Positions 8,171 to 16,197 of a stretch of 32,000 nucleotides of DNA are shown here, piece by piece. The position numbers were made by a program, and so were the translations under genes. The notes beneath the pieces are model-generated. The model saw only the letters and a program-made list of their open reading frames with translations. It ran no database searches and was not told where the DNA came from. Position 1 is the stretch's first letter; each line of letters begins with the position of its first letter. Source of the stretch: Candidatus Electronema aureum (GTDB lineage: Bacteria > Desulfobacterota > Desulfobulbia > Desulfobulbales > Desulfobulbaceae). The DNA lies in NCBI GenBank assembly GCA_004284765.1, contig NQJD01000001.1, positions 180,001 to 212,000 of the forward strand, given 5' to 3'.

Positions 8171-8388
8171 CAAGCTATTGCAACAATCTGCTGGGTGCCG
8201 ACAAACTCAGAAGCGAACGAAGGCTCACCATCTTCAAGCAGCATTTCGATGACTTCCTTCAAGTTCTTGTTCAACTCATCCAGCGTTTCCCCTTGCGAGT
8301 GCGCTCCGGGGAAATGTGGCACATAGCCTACATAAAGACTGGTGTCTTTGCAATATTCAACCACGGCGGTGAATTGCATCCGCTTCAT
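8170..8388 (-). CDS. hicB: type II antitoxin HicB (UPF0150 fold)
   Basis: 72 aa. The sequence FTAVVEYCKDTSLYVGYVPHFPGAHSQGETLDELNKNLKEVIEM matches the HicB-like antitoxin pattern. Its ATG (8388) overlaps the stop of the upstream kinase-like gene as ATGA. Confidence 0.8.
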   Translation of the reverse strand: MKRMQFTAVVEYCKDTSLYVGYVPHFPGAHSQGETLDELNKNLKEVIEMLLEDGEPSFASEFVGTQQIVAIA

Positions 8389-9251
8389 AGCCCCAGCTCC
8401 TTATGCACTTTCTCCAGAGCCTTGGGCAGGCAGCGGAGGATTTCCTCCACCTGCGTGGCTGGCGTGGGATTGGCTAATTCACCAGCGGCGCGGTTCACGC
8501 GGCCAGCAATGCGGCAGGCGAGCAGCGGGCTACGGCCTGCGTGCATTAAGCCGCTGATCATGCCGGTAATCAGGTCGCCCGTACCACCAATCGGCTCCAT
8601 TGTCTCAATGCTCGGCAGCCTGATGGTGTCAACAATCTCGCCGTCCTGACAGATGTAATCCACCGCCCCTTTGACAAACATGGTCTTGGTGGCGTTGCCG
8701 CCCGCGTAAGCCCGGCGGATCAGCTCCGGCACGTCGTCTTCCATGTTGAAAATGAAGCCGCGTGTGTAGGCCGGATGATCGGCTTTCTCATCAGCCAGAA
8801 AGGTGGCTTCGCCAATGTCCGGGGTGAAGACATCGTAATACTTGGCATCGCCGCCCGCCTTGGCCACATACATGCTGCCTGCGTCGGCGATCATCAGCGG
8901 CTTTTCACTCATGGTGGCAACGGTCGCCAGCACCTTTTTGTTCAGCTTGAGATCAGGCATGACGTAGTGCATGGTCATCACCTTGACCCCCATCGTCGGC
9001 AGGTTTGCGGCAAGATGATTGTAAATTGCCGTGCTGCCCTCGCGTTTACCAATGTCGCCCGCCACCATGCCGATCGGCATCTCCACGCCGTATTCTTGGC
9101 AGATCAGGCTGGCGGCCTTCATCATCGCCTCGTTGCCACGGTTAATGGGCAGCTCGTGACCGTCAATCTTGATGCCGCGCTCGCTCAATGAGACTGGGCC
9201 GATCAGCAGGGGAAGGCGGTCAGCAGGAACCGCACCGACTAAGAGCAGCAT
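8385..9251 (-). CDS. YjeF_C / ribokinase-superfamily carbohydrate-kinase-like protein (NAD(P)HX-dehydratase-like)
   Basis: 288 aa. The segments TPDIGEATFL, FVKGAVDYI and the C-terminal GGTGDLITGMISGLMHAG parallel the TPHxGE / KGxxxxI / GGxGDxLxG motifs of YjeF C-terminal domains. Confidence 0.55.
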   Translation of the reverse strand: MLLLVGAVPADRLPLLIGPVSLSERGIKIDGHELPINRGNEAMMKAASLICQEYGVEMPIGMVAGDIGKREGSTAIYNHLAANLPTMGVKVMTMHYVMPDLKLNKKVLATVATMSEKPLMIADAGSMYVAKAGGDAKYYDVFTPDIGEATFLADEKADHPAYTRGFIFNMEDDVPELIRRAYAGGNATKTMFVKGAVDYICQDGEIVDTIRLPSIETMEPIGGTGDLITGMISGLMHAGRSPLLACRIAGRVNRAAGELANPTPATQVEEILRCLPKALEKVHKELGL

Positions 9252-9254
9252 GAT

Positions 9255-9803
9255 TTACGCTCCAAGTTCCCGGATCATCTCTTCCCGGGCAGTGTTGAGG
9301 GAATAGGCGCAGAGGGAAAAGCCGACTTCGTCCGGCGCGGGTGCTTCGTCCAGCCGCTTGCCGATCATGGTCGTGGCGAGATAAGGCACGTCCGGGCAGC
9401 CGCCGCCGGAAATATTGACGATGATCTTGGTCTCTGCGTCAACGGTGATTTTCATGTTCGCCGCCCTGACCATCAGATACTTGCTGCCATACCACTTCTT
9501 GCGGACAAAGTGCAGTGGCTCCATGCCTTCAGTGGTGATCGGCACCACGTCAATCGGATGCAGCTTGGTCGCATTGAGCAGCTCGGTGATGGCCGCCTCA
9601 GCTTCCAGCGGGAATTCCACGCTCAGGTCGCAGCCGGTGCGGTAGGCAGGCGGCGGACTAACCACGCGGATTTTATAGCCCTCGTCACGCAGCAGCTCCT
9701 CCACCGCGATGACGGTGGTCGGATGGGCGAAGATCAGCAGACCGCGAGTGACGTTCTCGTGCTGCGGCTCTTGAGACGTTTCCTTTTTTTTAAACCAGTT
9801 CAT
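9255..9803 (-). CDS. DUF3343 (putative Se/S carrier-like) domain protein with a C-terminal Cys-Pro motif domain
   Basis: 182 aa. The N-terminal half LLIFAHPTTVIAVEELLRDEGYKIRVVSPPPAYRTGCDLSVEF fits the DUF3343/Se_S_carrier pattern with its conserved Cys. The C-terminal half has NISGGGCPDVPYLATTMIGKRL, which resembles the TusA/YedF CPxP loop (weak call). Confidence 0.55.
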   Translation of the reverse strand: MNWFKKKETSQEPQHENVTRGLLIFAHPTTVIAVEELLRDEGYKIRVVSPPPAYRTGCDLSVEFPLEAEAAITELLNATKLHPIDVVPITTEGMEPLHFVRKKWYGSKYLMVRAANMKITVDAETKIIVNISGGGCPDVPYLATTMIGKRLDEAPAPDEVGFSLCAYSLNTAREEMIRELGA

Positions 9804-9830
9804 GGGATAATTCAGGCAAAATGAAAAAAA

Positions 9831-10248
9831 TTATTTCAGCAAACGAAGAAAGCCTGCCTGTTCAAAATGATGATCCGTTGTCAATGCCTTGGTAATGCTG
9901 CGTTGTTTCATTAGAACAAAACTGGCGCAATCAACCAGACTCCAATCCTTGTCGGTCCGTTGCTGATACAGCCGCCATGCCTGCTCATCAAGGGCTTGAT
10001 CAACATGAATCACTTCAACATAGGGTGAAGTTTTGATGCCTTCAAGAAACTCGATGATTGATGGACGCGGCAGATGCAGCGGACTGCTCATCAACGCGGC
10101 AAGCTCGGTGATGATATAATTTGTCGTGATCAGCCTTGCCTGCTGCTGCCGGACGTTGCGGTATATTGCCGCAGCAAGAACATGGTGTTTCTGTGTCGCA
10201 TCAATTAAACAGCCCCCAGCCGGAAGTGTCTGCGAAAAGACTATTCAT
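9831..10248 (-). pseudogene. vapC: PIN-domain (VapC-like) toxin interrupted by a +1 frameshift in a G5 run
   Basis: ATG 10248 overlaps the antitoxin stop (ATGAATAG) and reads MNSLFADTSGWGLFN-TGA. The adjacent frame continues GCLIDATQKHHVLAAAIYRNVRQQQARLITTNYIITELAAL and joins the track ORF 9831..10094 (DKDWSLVDCASFVLMKQRSITKALTTDHHFEQAGF). Removing one G from GGGGG (plus-strand C run 10213-10217) restores a 138-aa PIN protein. Confidence 0.7.
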
Positions 10249-10477
10249 CGTCCTGCTGCGACTGCCCTATGTATTTGTCGTGATTATCCGTCCAGTCAGG
10301 ACAGCCGCTCCTAAATGCGCCAATGAATTTTTCCAGCGGATCGATGTCAACGCTGCGTGTGAACAACGAAAGCCATTGCGCAGCCAGCACTTCCGGCAAC
10401 TGGCCTGCCTGCTCCGCTGCCCGCCGAAGCTGGAGATAAACCTCCTCGGAGACATTCAATGTCAAACTTTGGCTCAT
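10241..10477 (-). CDS. antitoxin-like small protein partnered with the PIN gene
   Basis: 78 aa, acidic C-terminus. It lies immediately upstream of the PIN ATG and overlaps it by 8 nt. The N-terminus LTLNVSEEVYLQLRRAAEQAG looks like an RHH/CopG-type strand-helix. The family was not identified. Confidence 0.55.
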   Translation of the reverse strand: MSQSLTLNVSEEVYLQLRRAAEQAGQLPEVLAAQWLSLFTRSVDIDPLEKFIGAFRSGCPDWTDNHDKYIGQSQQDDE

Positions 10478-10496
10478 AACGTTCTCTCTTTTGCCA

Positions 10497-10524
10497 CACC
10501 GTCAGTAGGTCGCAAGTGACGGTG
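10497..10524. promoter_or_regulatory. 8-bp inverted repeat between the methyltransferase stop and the antitoxin start (operator or terminator candidate)
   Basis: CACCGTCA (10497-10504), a 12-nt loop, then TGACGGTG (10517-10524). There is no U tract on the minus strand, so it is not a canonical terminator. The position fits TA autoregulation. Confidence 0.25.
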
Positions 10525-10591
10525 GGTGTTACTGTTTTTCCTGTTTCTCAAACTATTTCATGAGTATTCTAACTCCTTGAGGAGCAAAAAG

Positions 10592-11503
10592 TTATTTTTC
10601 AGGCCAACCAAGATACACAATATATGCAGTTGGATATTTTTCAGAATCAATTCTTTCGTTATTGAAATTAGCATTTAAGAACATATTCATGTTCTCCCAA
10701 CCTGACTTTGAATATGATTTGCTAAAAAAATAGTCAGCGAACACCAAAGCCAGTGTTGTTGATGAAGTTCCATTTGGCTTTATGTTGATCTGTAGTCCTC
10801 TCTCGTTTGCATATTTTTTAATATCTTCAATTTTTGGCAGAGTGCATTCTAAATGTTCCTTTGCCCATTCAGCTCCGGTGATTTCCATCACGAGCTTTTC
10901 ACTCTCCTCTGTAAAACTTTTGTCTACATGGAACGGATTTAAAAGAATAATGCCATTTTTACTCTTGGATAATAGTTGATCTATAAATTTTATTCTGTTT
11001 GTAACAGGTATATGTTCAAGAACATGACAAGAGACAACATAGTCAAATGAATGGTCAGGAAATGGTAAATCTATCCCTGAAATACCGTTCATATTAGGTT
11101 CTGCTAAACAATAGTAAGCTTCAGGGATAAACGAAGCTAACCTTCCGTCACCTCCACCTACATCCAGTACACTATATTTACCTCCACTGTTCCTGCTCCT
11201 TAGCTCCAATGCAAGAGATTTAAGCCTGAAATACTGATTATGATTCATAATATCTATCCGAGGCATCTTGGATAAAATTATTTTTTTGTATCGCTGCACT
11301 TCTGCATCCGTTGCATCTAAAAATTCAGCTGTTTTGATCTCAGCTATTGATAAATAGTAATGCTTCTTTCCGAAAGCATAAACAGCATATTGGAAATGTA
11401 TTTTTGAGTTTAAAGGATCGCTTGAAATTTTATTCACGAATTCCCTGTAGCCTTTTTTATATCCAAATTGCCTCGCTATATTCAAAAGAGTTATTTTGAG
11501 CAT
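10592..11503 (-). CDS. class I SAM-dependent methyltransferase (Methyltransf_11-like), AT-rich
   Basis: 303 aa with motif I VLDVGGGDGRL and the post-I/II segment FDYVVSCHVLEHIP. SD AAGGA lies 7 nt before ATG 11503. Sample line 10621 has 15/60 G+C, against 36/60 in the neighbouring yedE line 11581. Confidence 0.8.
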   Translation of the reverse strand: MLKITLLNIARQFGYKKGYREFVNKISSDPLNSKIHFQYAVYAFGKKHYYLSIAEIKTAEFLDATDAEVQRYKKIILSKMPRIDIMNHNQYFRLKSLALELRSRNSGGKYSVLDVGGGDGRLASFIPEAYYCLAEPNMNGISGIDLPFPDHSFDYVVSCHVLEHIPVTNRIKFIDQLLSKSKNGIILLNPFHVDKSFTEESEKLVMEITGAEWAKEHLECTLPKIEDIKKYANERGLQINIKPNGTSSTTLALVFADYFFSKSYSKSGWENMNMFLNANFNNERIDSEKYPTAYIVYLGWPEK

Positions 11504-11530
11504 AATCTTATCCTTAATAAGGAATAATTA

Positions 11531-12595
11531 TTACCTGTCGATAATTTTCCTGCGATACGCCAGCACCACAGTCAAACAAAATATCAGCCCGGCCAGCGTG
11601 GCAATCTTGCCGTTGAATTCCGGGCCAGCTGAAGTGCTGCGGAGCTGCCAGCTCACGACAAAGGCCGCGCCGGTCAGCATTCCGAAGCAGGTCAGACCTG
11701 CGTCCACATCGCCTTGTCCTGCCTTGACGAGCTGGCGGAACGGGCAGCCGTCCACGATTACCGCAGCCAAGCCGACCAGCACCATCGCCAGAAAGCTCCA
11801 GAGGTTGTCGGAATGCGCGCCCGGCTGGTCATAAAAGCCGAGATTGAACTGGCCGCTGACCAAGGAGACCAGCAGGGCCGAGCCAAAGGCGGCGATGATG
11901 CCCATGAGCAGGGTTTTTTCCCGGAAAAGGAAGAAGTTGCGCAGGCCGCCGGTGATGCAGAGGCCAGACCGCTGCGATAGTGCGCCGATGAGCAGGCCGA
12001 CTGCTAACGAAACCAAAAGCGGCGCGTGCTGGGCTGCCGGGCCTGTGGCTCCCTGCTGAATGAAGCCGGGCTGAAGCAGGGCGAAGAGCAACAGAAGCAG
12101 GCCGATGCCGGGCAGAATGTAGCCGTTGATCTGCGGCAGCTCGCGGTCTCTGTCCAAGACCGAACCGGCGCGGATGTAACGACTGCCGAGCCAGATGCCG
12201 AACATCAGGCCAAGCACGGCGGCAATCGCGGTCAGATCGCCAGCGGCGAGGCGCAGAATCATCTTGATCGGGCAGCCGATGAAGACCCCGCAGCCGACGA
12301 TCATGAAAAAGCCGAGCAGAAAGCGGATCACTGGCGAGGAGCCGCCAGTCACCCGGAAGCGGCGCATCTTCTTGGCCATCAGGAAGGAGCCGAGGAGAAA
12401 GCCGATCAGCTCCGGCCTGATGTAGCTCATGCGGGTGACGTTGTGCATCTGGAGCGAGCCTGCCAAGTTCTCCAAAAAGCAGGAGATGCAGATGCCGGAG
12501 TTGGTCGGATTGCCGAGCAGGGTCAGGATGACCGCGCCCGCGCCGAGGACAATGCCGGTGGTCACGGCAAGATCAGGGAATTTCAGACGTGCCAT
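11531..12595 (-). CDS. yedE: YedE-family membrane protein (putative selenium/sulfur-compound channel)
   Basis: 354 aa and polytopic. The N-terminal GNPTNSGICISCFLENLAGSLQMH matches the GNPxNxGxCxxCF...H motif I associate with the YedE putative selenium-metabolism subfamily. A second-half repeat is SGLCITGGLRNF. Confidence 0.75.
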   Translation of the reverse strand: MARLKFPDLAVTTGIVLGAGAVILTLLGNPTNSGICISCFLENLAGSLQMHNVTRMSYIRPELIGFLLGSFLMAKKMRRFRVTGGSSPVIRFLLGFFMIVGCGVFIGCPIKMILRLAAGDLTAIAAVLGLMFGIWLGSRYIRAGSVLDRDRELPQINGYILPGIGLLLLLFALLQPGFIQQGATGPAAQHAPLLVSLAVGLLIGALSQRSGLCITGGLRNFFLFREKTLLMGIIAAFGSALLVSLVSGQFNLGFYDQPGAHSDNLWSFLAMVLVGLAAVIVDGCPFRQLVKAGQGDVDAGLTCFGMLTGAAFVVSWQLRSTSAGPEFNGKIATLAGLIFCLTVVLAYRRKIIDR

Positions 12596-13153
12596 TTATT
12601 CACATCCGCCAGCCAGCCGCCGCTGGACGTAAAGCAATTCATTCAATGCCCTTTTGATGTCGGGATCATTGGGCTTCAGCGTGACTTCGCGCTGCAATTT
12701 GTCTTTTGCTTCCAGCATGTTCTTCTTGATGTCCTTGCCGACAAAAAGGGGCGATTTCCGGTCGATATAGCCCGGCTCGCGGTCAATGGCCTGTCGATAG
12801 CTGGCCAACGCATCGGCAAGGTCGCCGTTGTCGTATTGGAGCTGGGCCTGCCAGAGGAACGAGCGGGGATTGTCCGGTTGCGCGGCCTGAATCAACTTCA
12901 GCTTGTCCATTGCCGCGCTGTGCTGCCGTTGCTCGGCCAAGGCGGCTACTTCCTGATACAGCACCTTGTCCTGAGCCAGCCGCTCCTCAATCCGGCGCAG
13001 CTCCGCCGCCACGCCGCTCATATTGGCGGCGTTCGGAGAAGCGGTTAACTGATGCTGCACCAGCATAACCAGCATAATCACTGCCAGCAGGCCCAGCGCG
13101 GCTTTGGTGAGCAAATCCAGCGGATCGCTGGTCAATGTCTGCGCGAAATTCAT
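12596..13153 (-). CDS. membrane-anchored TPR-like protein ending in GGCE
   Basis: 185 aa with one N-terminal TM (AALGLLAVIMLVMLV), a coiled region, and the TPR-like segment WQAQLQYDNGDLADALASYRQAIDREP. Its stop TAA (12598-12596) directly abuts the yedE ATG (TAAATG). Confidence 0.6.
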   Translation of the reverse strand: MNFAQTLTSDPLDLLTKAALGLLAVIMLVMLVQHQLTASPNAANMSGVAAELRRIEERLAQDKVLYQEVAALAEQRQHSAAMDKLKLIQAAQPDNPRSFLWQAQLQYDNGDLADALASYRQAIDREPGYIDRKSPLFVGKDIKKNMLEAKDKLQREVTLKPNDPDIKRALNELLYVQRRLAGGCE

Positions 13154-13168
13154 GAGGATCAGACTATA

Positions 13169-14128
13169 TCAGAGAATTCCGGCTCCGGCAACAGCGGCTG
13201 TATAAAAATTACTCAAATCCGCCTTACCGAGGACGCTATCGCCGATTTTATCCAAAACTTTCTCACGAATTTTCGACTCATCCGCAGTGCCCCACCAATT
13301 CTTGGGGAAGGCGAGGTCATTAGCCTGCCCTTCCAGCATGGACAGATTATAATCCTTGCTGTCGGTGATGTTGTTGTCGCTCAACAGCATGGCTTTGACC
13401 GCATACAGAATCACGCCTTTGCCGTTGCCGCTGATATTATTGAACTGCACCTTGCCGTCGGCAAGGTTCTTGCCATAAATTCCGAAGAACTCGTTCTTGC
13501 TGATCTCGTTGTGAGAAACAACCATGCCGTCGCCGACAACCACGCCGCCGCCGTTTTCAGTGATCAGGTTGTTCTCCACGAAAATTTCACACTTGATCGG
13601 ATTGTCCTTCAGGTTCTTGTTGCCGATGGCGGTGCCGTTGTGCTTGAACTCGTTGCTGGCAACTTTCACTTTGGAGGAATGCGCATGAACACCGGTGTCC
13701 GCATACAGGATCACGCAGTGTTCTAGCACATTGTCCACGCTGCTGTTGAAGTTGATGCCGCCCCAGTCGCCGGGCTTCGGCTCTTTTTCCGCGCTGGTGA
13801 AGGTTATTTTTTTTTCTCTACTGCCTTGAGCAAGTAATTTGCCTTGAATAAAAAGCTCTGCCCGAGGGAAATGGTTCTCCTTTTCTTTTTCCGGGAACAG
13901 CTTGTCCGGGCCAAAAGGCTCAACTTTGGCAAAACGGACTATGGTGCCGGGCATGATGGTCAAAGTGACATTTTTTGCAATCTGCACATCACCTTTGATT
14001 AGAATTTCCCCAGACCAAGCAGTGTCTTTGTCGATTACCCCTTTATTGACTACTGTTTCCGCGCTGAAAGCGGGCTGGAAACTCAGAAACATCGCCGCTG
14101 TAGCGGCAAAAAAAGACAGTATTTTCAT
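13169..14128 (-). CDS. secreted right-handed parallel beta-helix repeat protein (NosD/CASH-like)
   Basis: 319 aa with signal peptide MKILSFFAATAAMFLSFQPAFSA. It has repeated N-x-I/V-x-x-N turns (ENNLITENGGGVVVG, HNEISKNEFFGIY, FNNISGNGKGVILY, LSDNNITDS). SD GAGGA precedes ATG 14128. Confidence 0.7.
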   Translation of the reverse strand: MKILSFFAATAAMFLSFQPAFSAETVVNKGVIDKDTAWSGEILIKGDVQIAKNVTLTIMPGTIVRFAKVEPFGPDKLFPEKEKENHFPRAELFIQGKLLAQGSREKKITFTSAEKEPKPGDWGGINFNSSVDNVLEHCVILYADTGVHAHSSKVKVASNEFKHNGTAIGNKNLKDNPIKCEIFVENNLITENGGGVVVGDGMVVSHNEISKNEFFGIYGKNLADGKVQFNNISGNGKGVILYAVKAMLLSDNNITDSKDYNLSMLEGQANDLAFPKNWWGTADESKIREKVLDKIGDSVLGKADLSNFYTAAVAGAGIL

Positions 14129-14157
14129 TATATCCTCTTAGAATGAGAATGTTGCGC

Positions 14158-15090
14158 TTAGTGCTTGTCGTAGGGGGGCATATTGCAGCGTTTCAGCTTT
14201 TCCCGGATGATATCGTACTCGCTGTCCACTGCTGGGGCAAAGCCATCTAAGCCCATCCGCTTCAGCACCTTCAGCACCTCGCCATCGATCAACACGGTCT
14301 CATCTTTCTTCAGATTAAGAGCCAGATTTTTGACCTTCTCCTTCAAAGCCGGATCAACATGCGGGAGTGCGCCAATGGTGCAGTACGGCATCGGCTCGCT
14401 CTCAGCGATGATGTTGTAGTCATCCAGATTGATGATCTCACTTTTTGCCATCCGGTCAAGGTCAATGCGCGGCGCGGCACCGACATCATATTTGCCGTAT
14501 TCTACGCCGTACATGATCTTGTCATGCTTGAGCGAGCCAGGCGGAATGTCATAACGGGCAAGGTCGGTCTCCGGGTCTATGCCGTTTTCCAGCAGCATCG
14601 CATACTGGGCCATGTAGCCGAACGGAGCCAAGGCCGGGCCGAAGAGCACTGTTTTTCCCTTGATATCAGCGATGGTCTTGATACCGCTTTCCTTGCGGGC
14701 GATCAGGGTGCCTGTGGCTTTGTGGCCGTTGCGTCCCTGCATATCTACTCCCAAGAAATCGGCCTTGAGCCGCTCCTTCAGTACCACCGCAACGGCTGAG
14801 TTGACGTGAAAGAAATCGAACTCCTTGTTCTTCGCTGCCGCTTCTACATCAAAGGTATTCTTCAGTACCATTTCCACCTTCCGGCCCAGCTTTTCGCTGA
14901 GATAGGCGGTGAAGGGGGCAAAGCGCTCAGAGGACAGCTCGCGGCTATCACAAATCATATAGCAGAAGCGGAGCGGCGGTTCCGTGCTTTCCGCAGCGGT
15001 CTTTTTGTCCTGTTCACCGTTACAGGCCTGGAGCGAGAACAGAGCTGCGGCGAGTAAACAATATTGCGTAATTTTTTTCATTGTTTGCAT
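14158..15090 (-). CDS. PhnD-like (phosphate/phosphonate-type) periplasmic substrate-binding lipoprotein
   Basis: 310 aa with the lipobox LFSLQAC. It shows the type-2 SBP pattern (LRFCYMICDS..., FDFFHVNS, GKTVLFGPALAPFGY, YDVGAAP) typical of the PhnD/TAXI-like family. No permease or ATPase gene is adjacent. Confidence 0.65.
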   Translation of the reverse strand: MQTMKKITQYCLLAAALFSLQACNGEQDKKTAAESTEPPLRFCYMICDSRELSSERFAPFTAYLSEKLGRKVEMVLKNTFDVEAAAKNKEFDFFHVNSAVAVVLKERLKADFLGVDMQGRNGHKATGTLIARKESGIKTIADIKGKTVLFGPALAPFGYMAQYAMLLENGIDPETDLARYDIPPGSLKHDKIMYGVEYGKYDVGAAPRIDLDRMAKSEIINLDDYNIIAESEPMPYCTIGALPHVDPALKEKVKNLALNLKKDETVLIDGEVLKVLKRMGLDGFAPAVDSEYDIIREKLKRCNMPPYDKH

Positions 15091-15111
15091 TCAGATGGGA
15101 AAGGAGGGAGT

Positions 15112-15606
15112 TCAGGACTGGCTGATCAGTTTGATCTCGTTCTGGACAGCGGCAGCACCTTCTGGGCCGGGAGCTAACTCGCCTGCCTTCTTCAGGGCGG
15201 CTGTGGCTTGTTCAGCCTGCTTGAGCTGCTCATGAACGAGAGAAAAATGCACATGCAGCATGGCATCTTTGTCGTTGATCGCCAAGGCGCGTTCCAGATA
15301 TTTCAATGCCTCATCAGCCTTCTTTTGCTTGAGCAGGATGATGCCCATACCGTCCAGCGCATCGAAATTTGATGTATCCTTTTTTAGCACACCTTCTAAT
15401 TCCTGCACAGCCAAATCGAGCTGCTTGGTGCGAACATAGGCCATAGCCAAATTGTTTTTAGTTTCCGCATCATTGGCATCCATGTACAGCAGCATCTTGT
15501 ACTGCATGATCTGGACTGAATCCGGTAGTTTGGAAATATCGCCGTGTGCTGCCGCTGAACCTGCTGACATGGCCAGCAGGAAAAGGGCGAAAAGCAGTTT
15601 TTGCAT
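15112..15606 (-). CDS. secreted TPR-repeat protein
   Basis: 164 aa with signal peptide MQKLLFALFLLAMSAGSAAA. Three to four TPR units are visible (NNLAMAYVRTKQLDLAVQELEGVLKKD, DALDGMGIILLKQKKADEALKYLERALAIN). SD GAGAGG precedes ATG 15606. Confidence 0.75.
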   Translation of the reverse strand: MQKLLFALFLLAMSAGSAAAHGDISKLPDSVQIMQYKMLLYMDANDAETKNNLAMAYVRTKQLDLAVQELEGVLKKDTSNFDALDGMGIILLKQKKADEALKYLERALAINDKDAMLHVHFSLVHEQLKQAEQATAALKKAGELAPGPEGAAAVQNEIKLISQS

Positions 15607-15618
15607 TGTCTTTGCCTC

Positions 15619-16197
15619 TCAGATCAGTTTTTGAGCTTTCAAGATATCTTTAGCCGCAGCTGCTGGGTCACTGCCTTGGCTTTTCTGGATCATTTCTTGC
15701 ACCGTGGCATCATTGACCATGCCGCTCAGTTTGTTGATTACTCGATCTAAAACCGGAAATTTACCCAGCGCATCGCGGGGAGAAACCGGCACAGCTATGG
15801 AGGCTTCAGCCTGCTGCGCTGCTGGCCCCTTAAAAGCGAACGGCTTCAGCCAGACGATATTTTTGTTTTCCATATAGAATTCTTTAGCCTTGGTATAGGC
15901 TTCCTGCTCATCTTGGGGCTGCTCACCACCCATGCTTGCCAAGGCGGGCTTGAGGTACTGAATGCAGACATCAGTGGTGCAAGAACCGTCTTTGCTCTCT
16001 GGATTCTCAACCAAATTAACCGTAGTACCAGTGCGCTCGTTGATATAGGTGGCCATGAGCTGGCCGATTGCCTTTTGCTCCGCCGAGCCATCAATCGACA
16101 AATTGAGAATCCGACCCACACAACTGTAGCTGGGGGTGGCGGTCAATGCCGTCAGCAGAACAGTGCCTGAGAGCAGAGCCGCAAGTTTTTGTGCCAT
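15619..16197 (-). CDS. secreted OpuAC-like (glycine-betaine-type) substrate-binding-domain protein, short form
   Basis: I chose the start at ATG 16197 (SD GAGGA 8 nt upstream). Alternative in-frame starts are 16227 and 16251. Signal-like N-terminus AALLSGTVLLTALTA. The segments LNLSIDGSAEQKAIGQLMATYINERTG, VWLKPFAFKG and FPVLDRVINKLSGMVNDATVQEM resemble OpuAC-family segments. Confidence 0.45.
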   Translation of the reverse strand: MAQKLAALLSGTVLLTALTATPSYSCVGRILNLSIDGSAEQKAIGQLMATYINERTGTTVNLVENPESKDGSCTTDVCIQYLKPALASMGGEQPQDEQEAYTKAKEFYMENKNIVWLKPFAFKGPAAQQAEASIAVPVSPRDALGKFPVLDRVINKLSGMVNDATVQEMIQKSQGSDPAAAAKDILKAQKLI

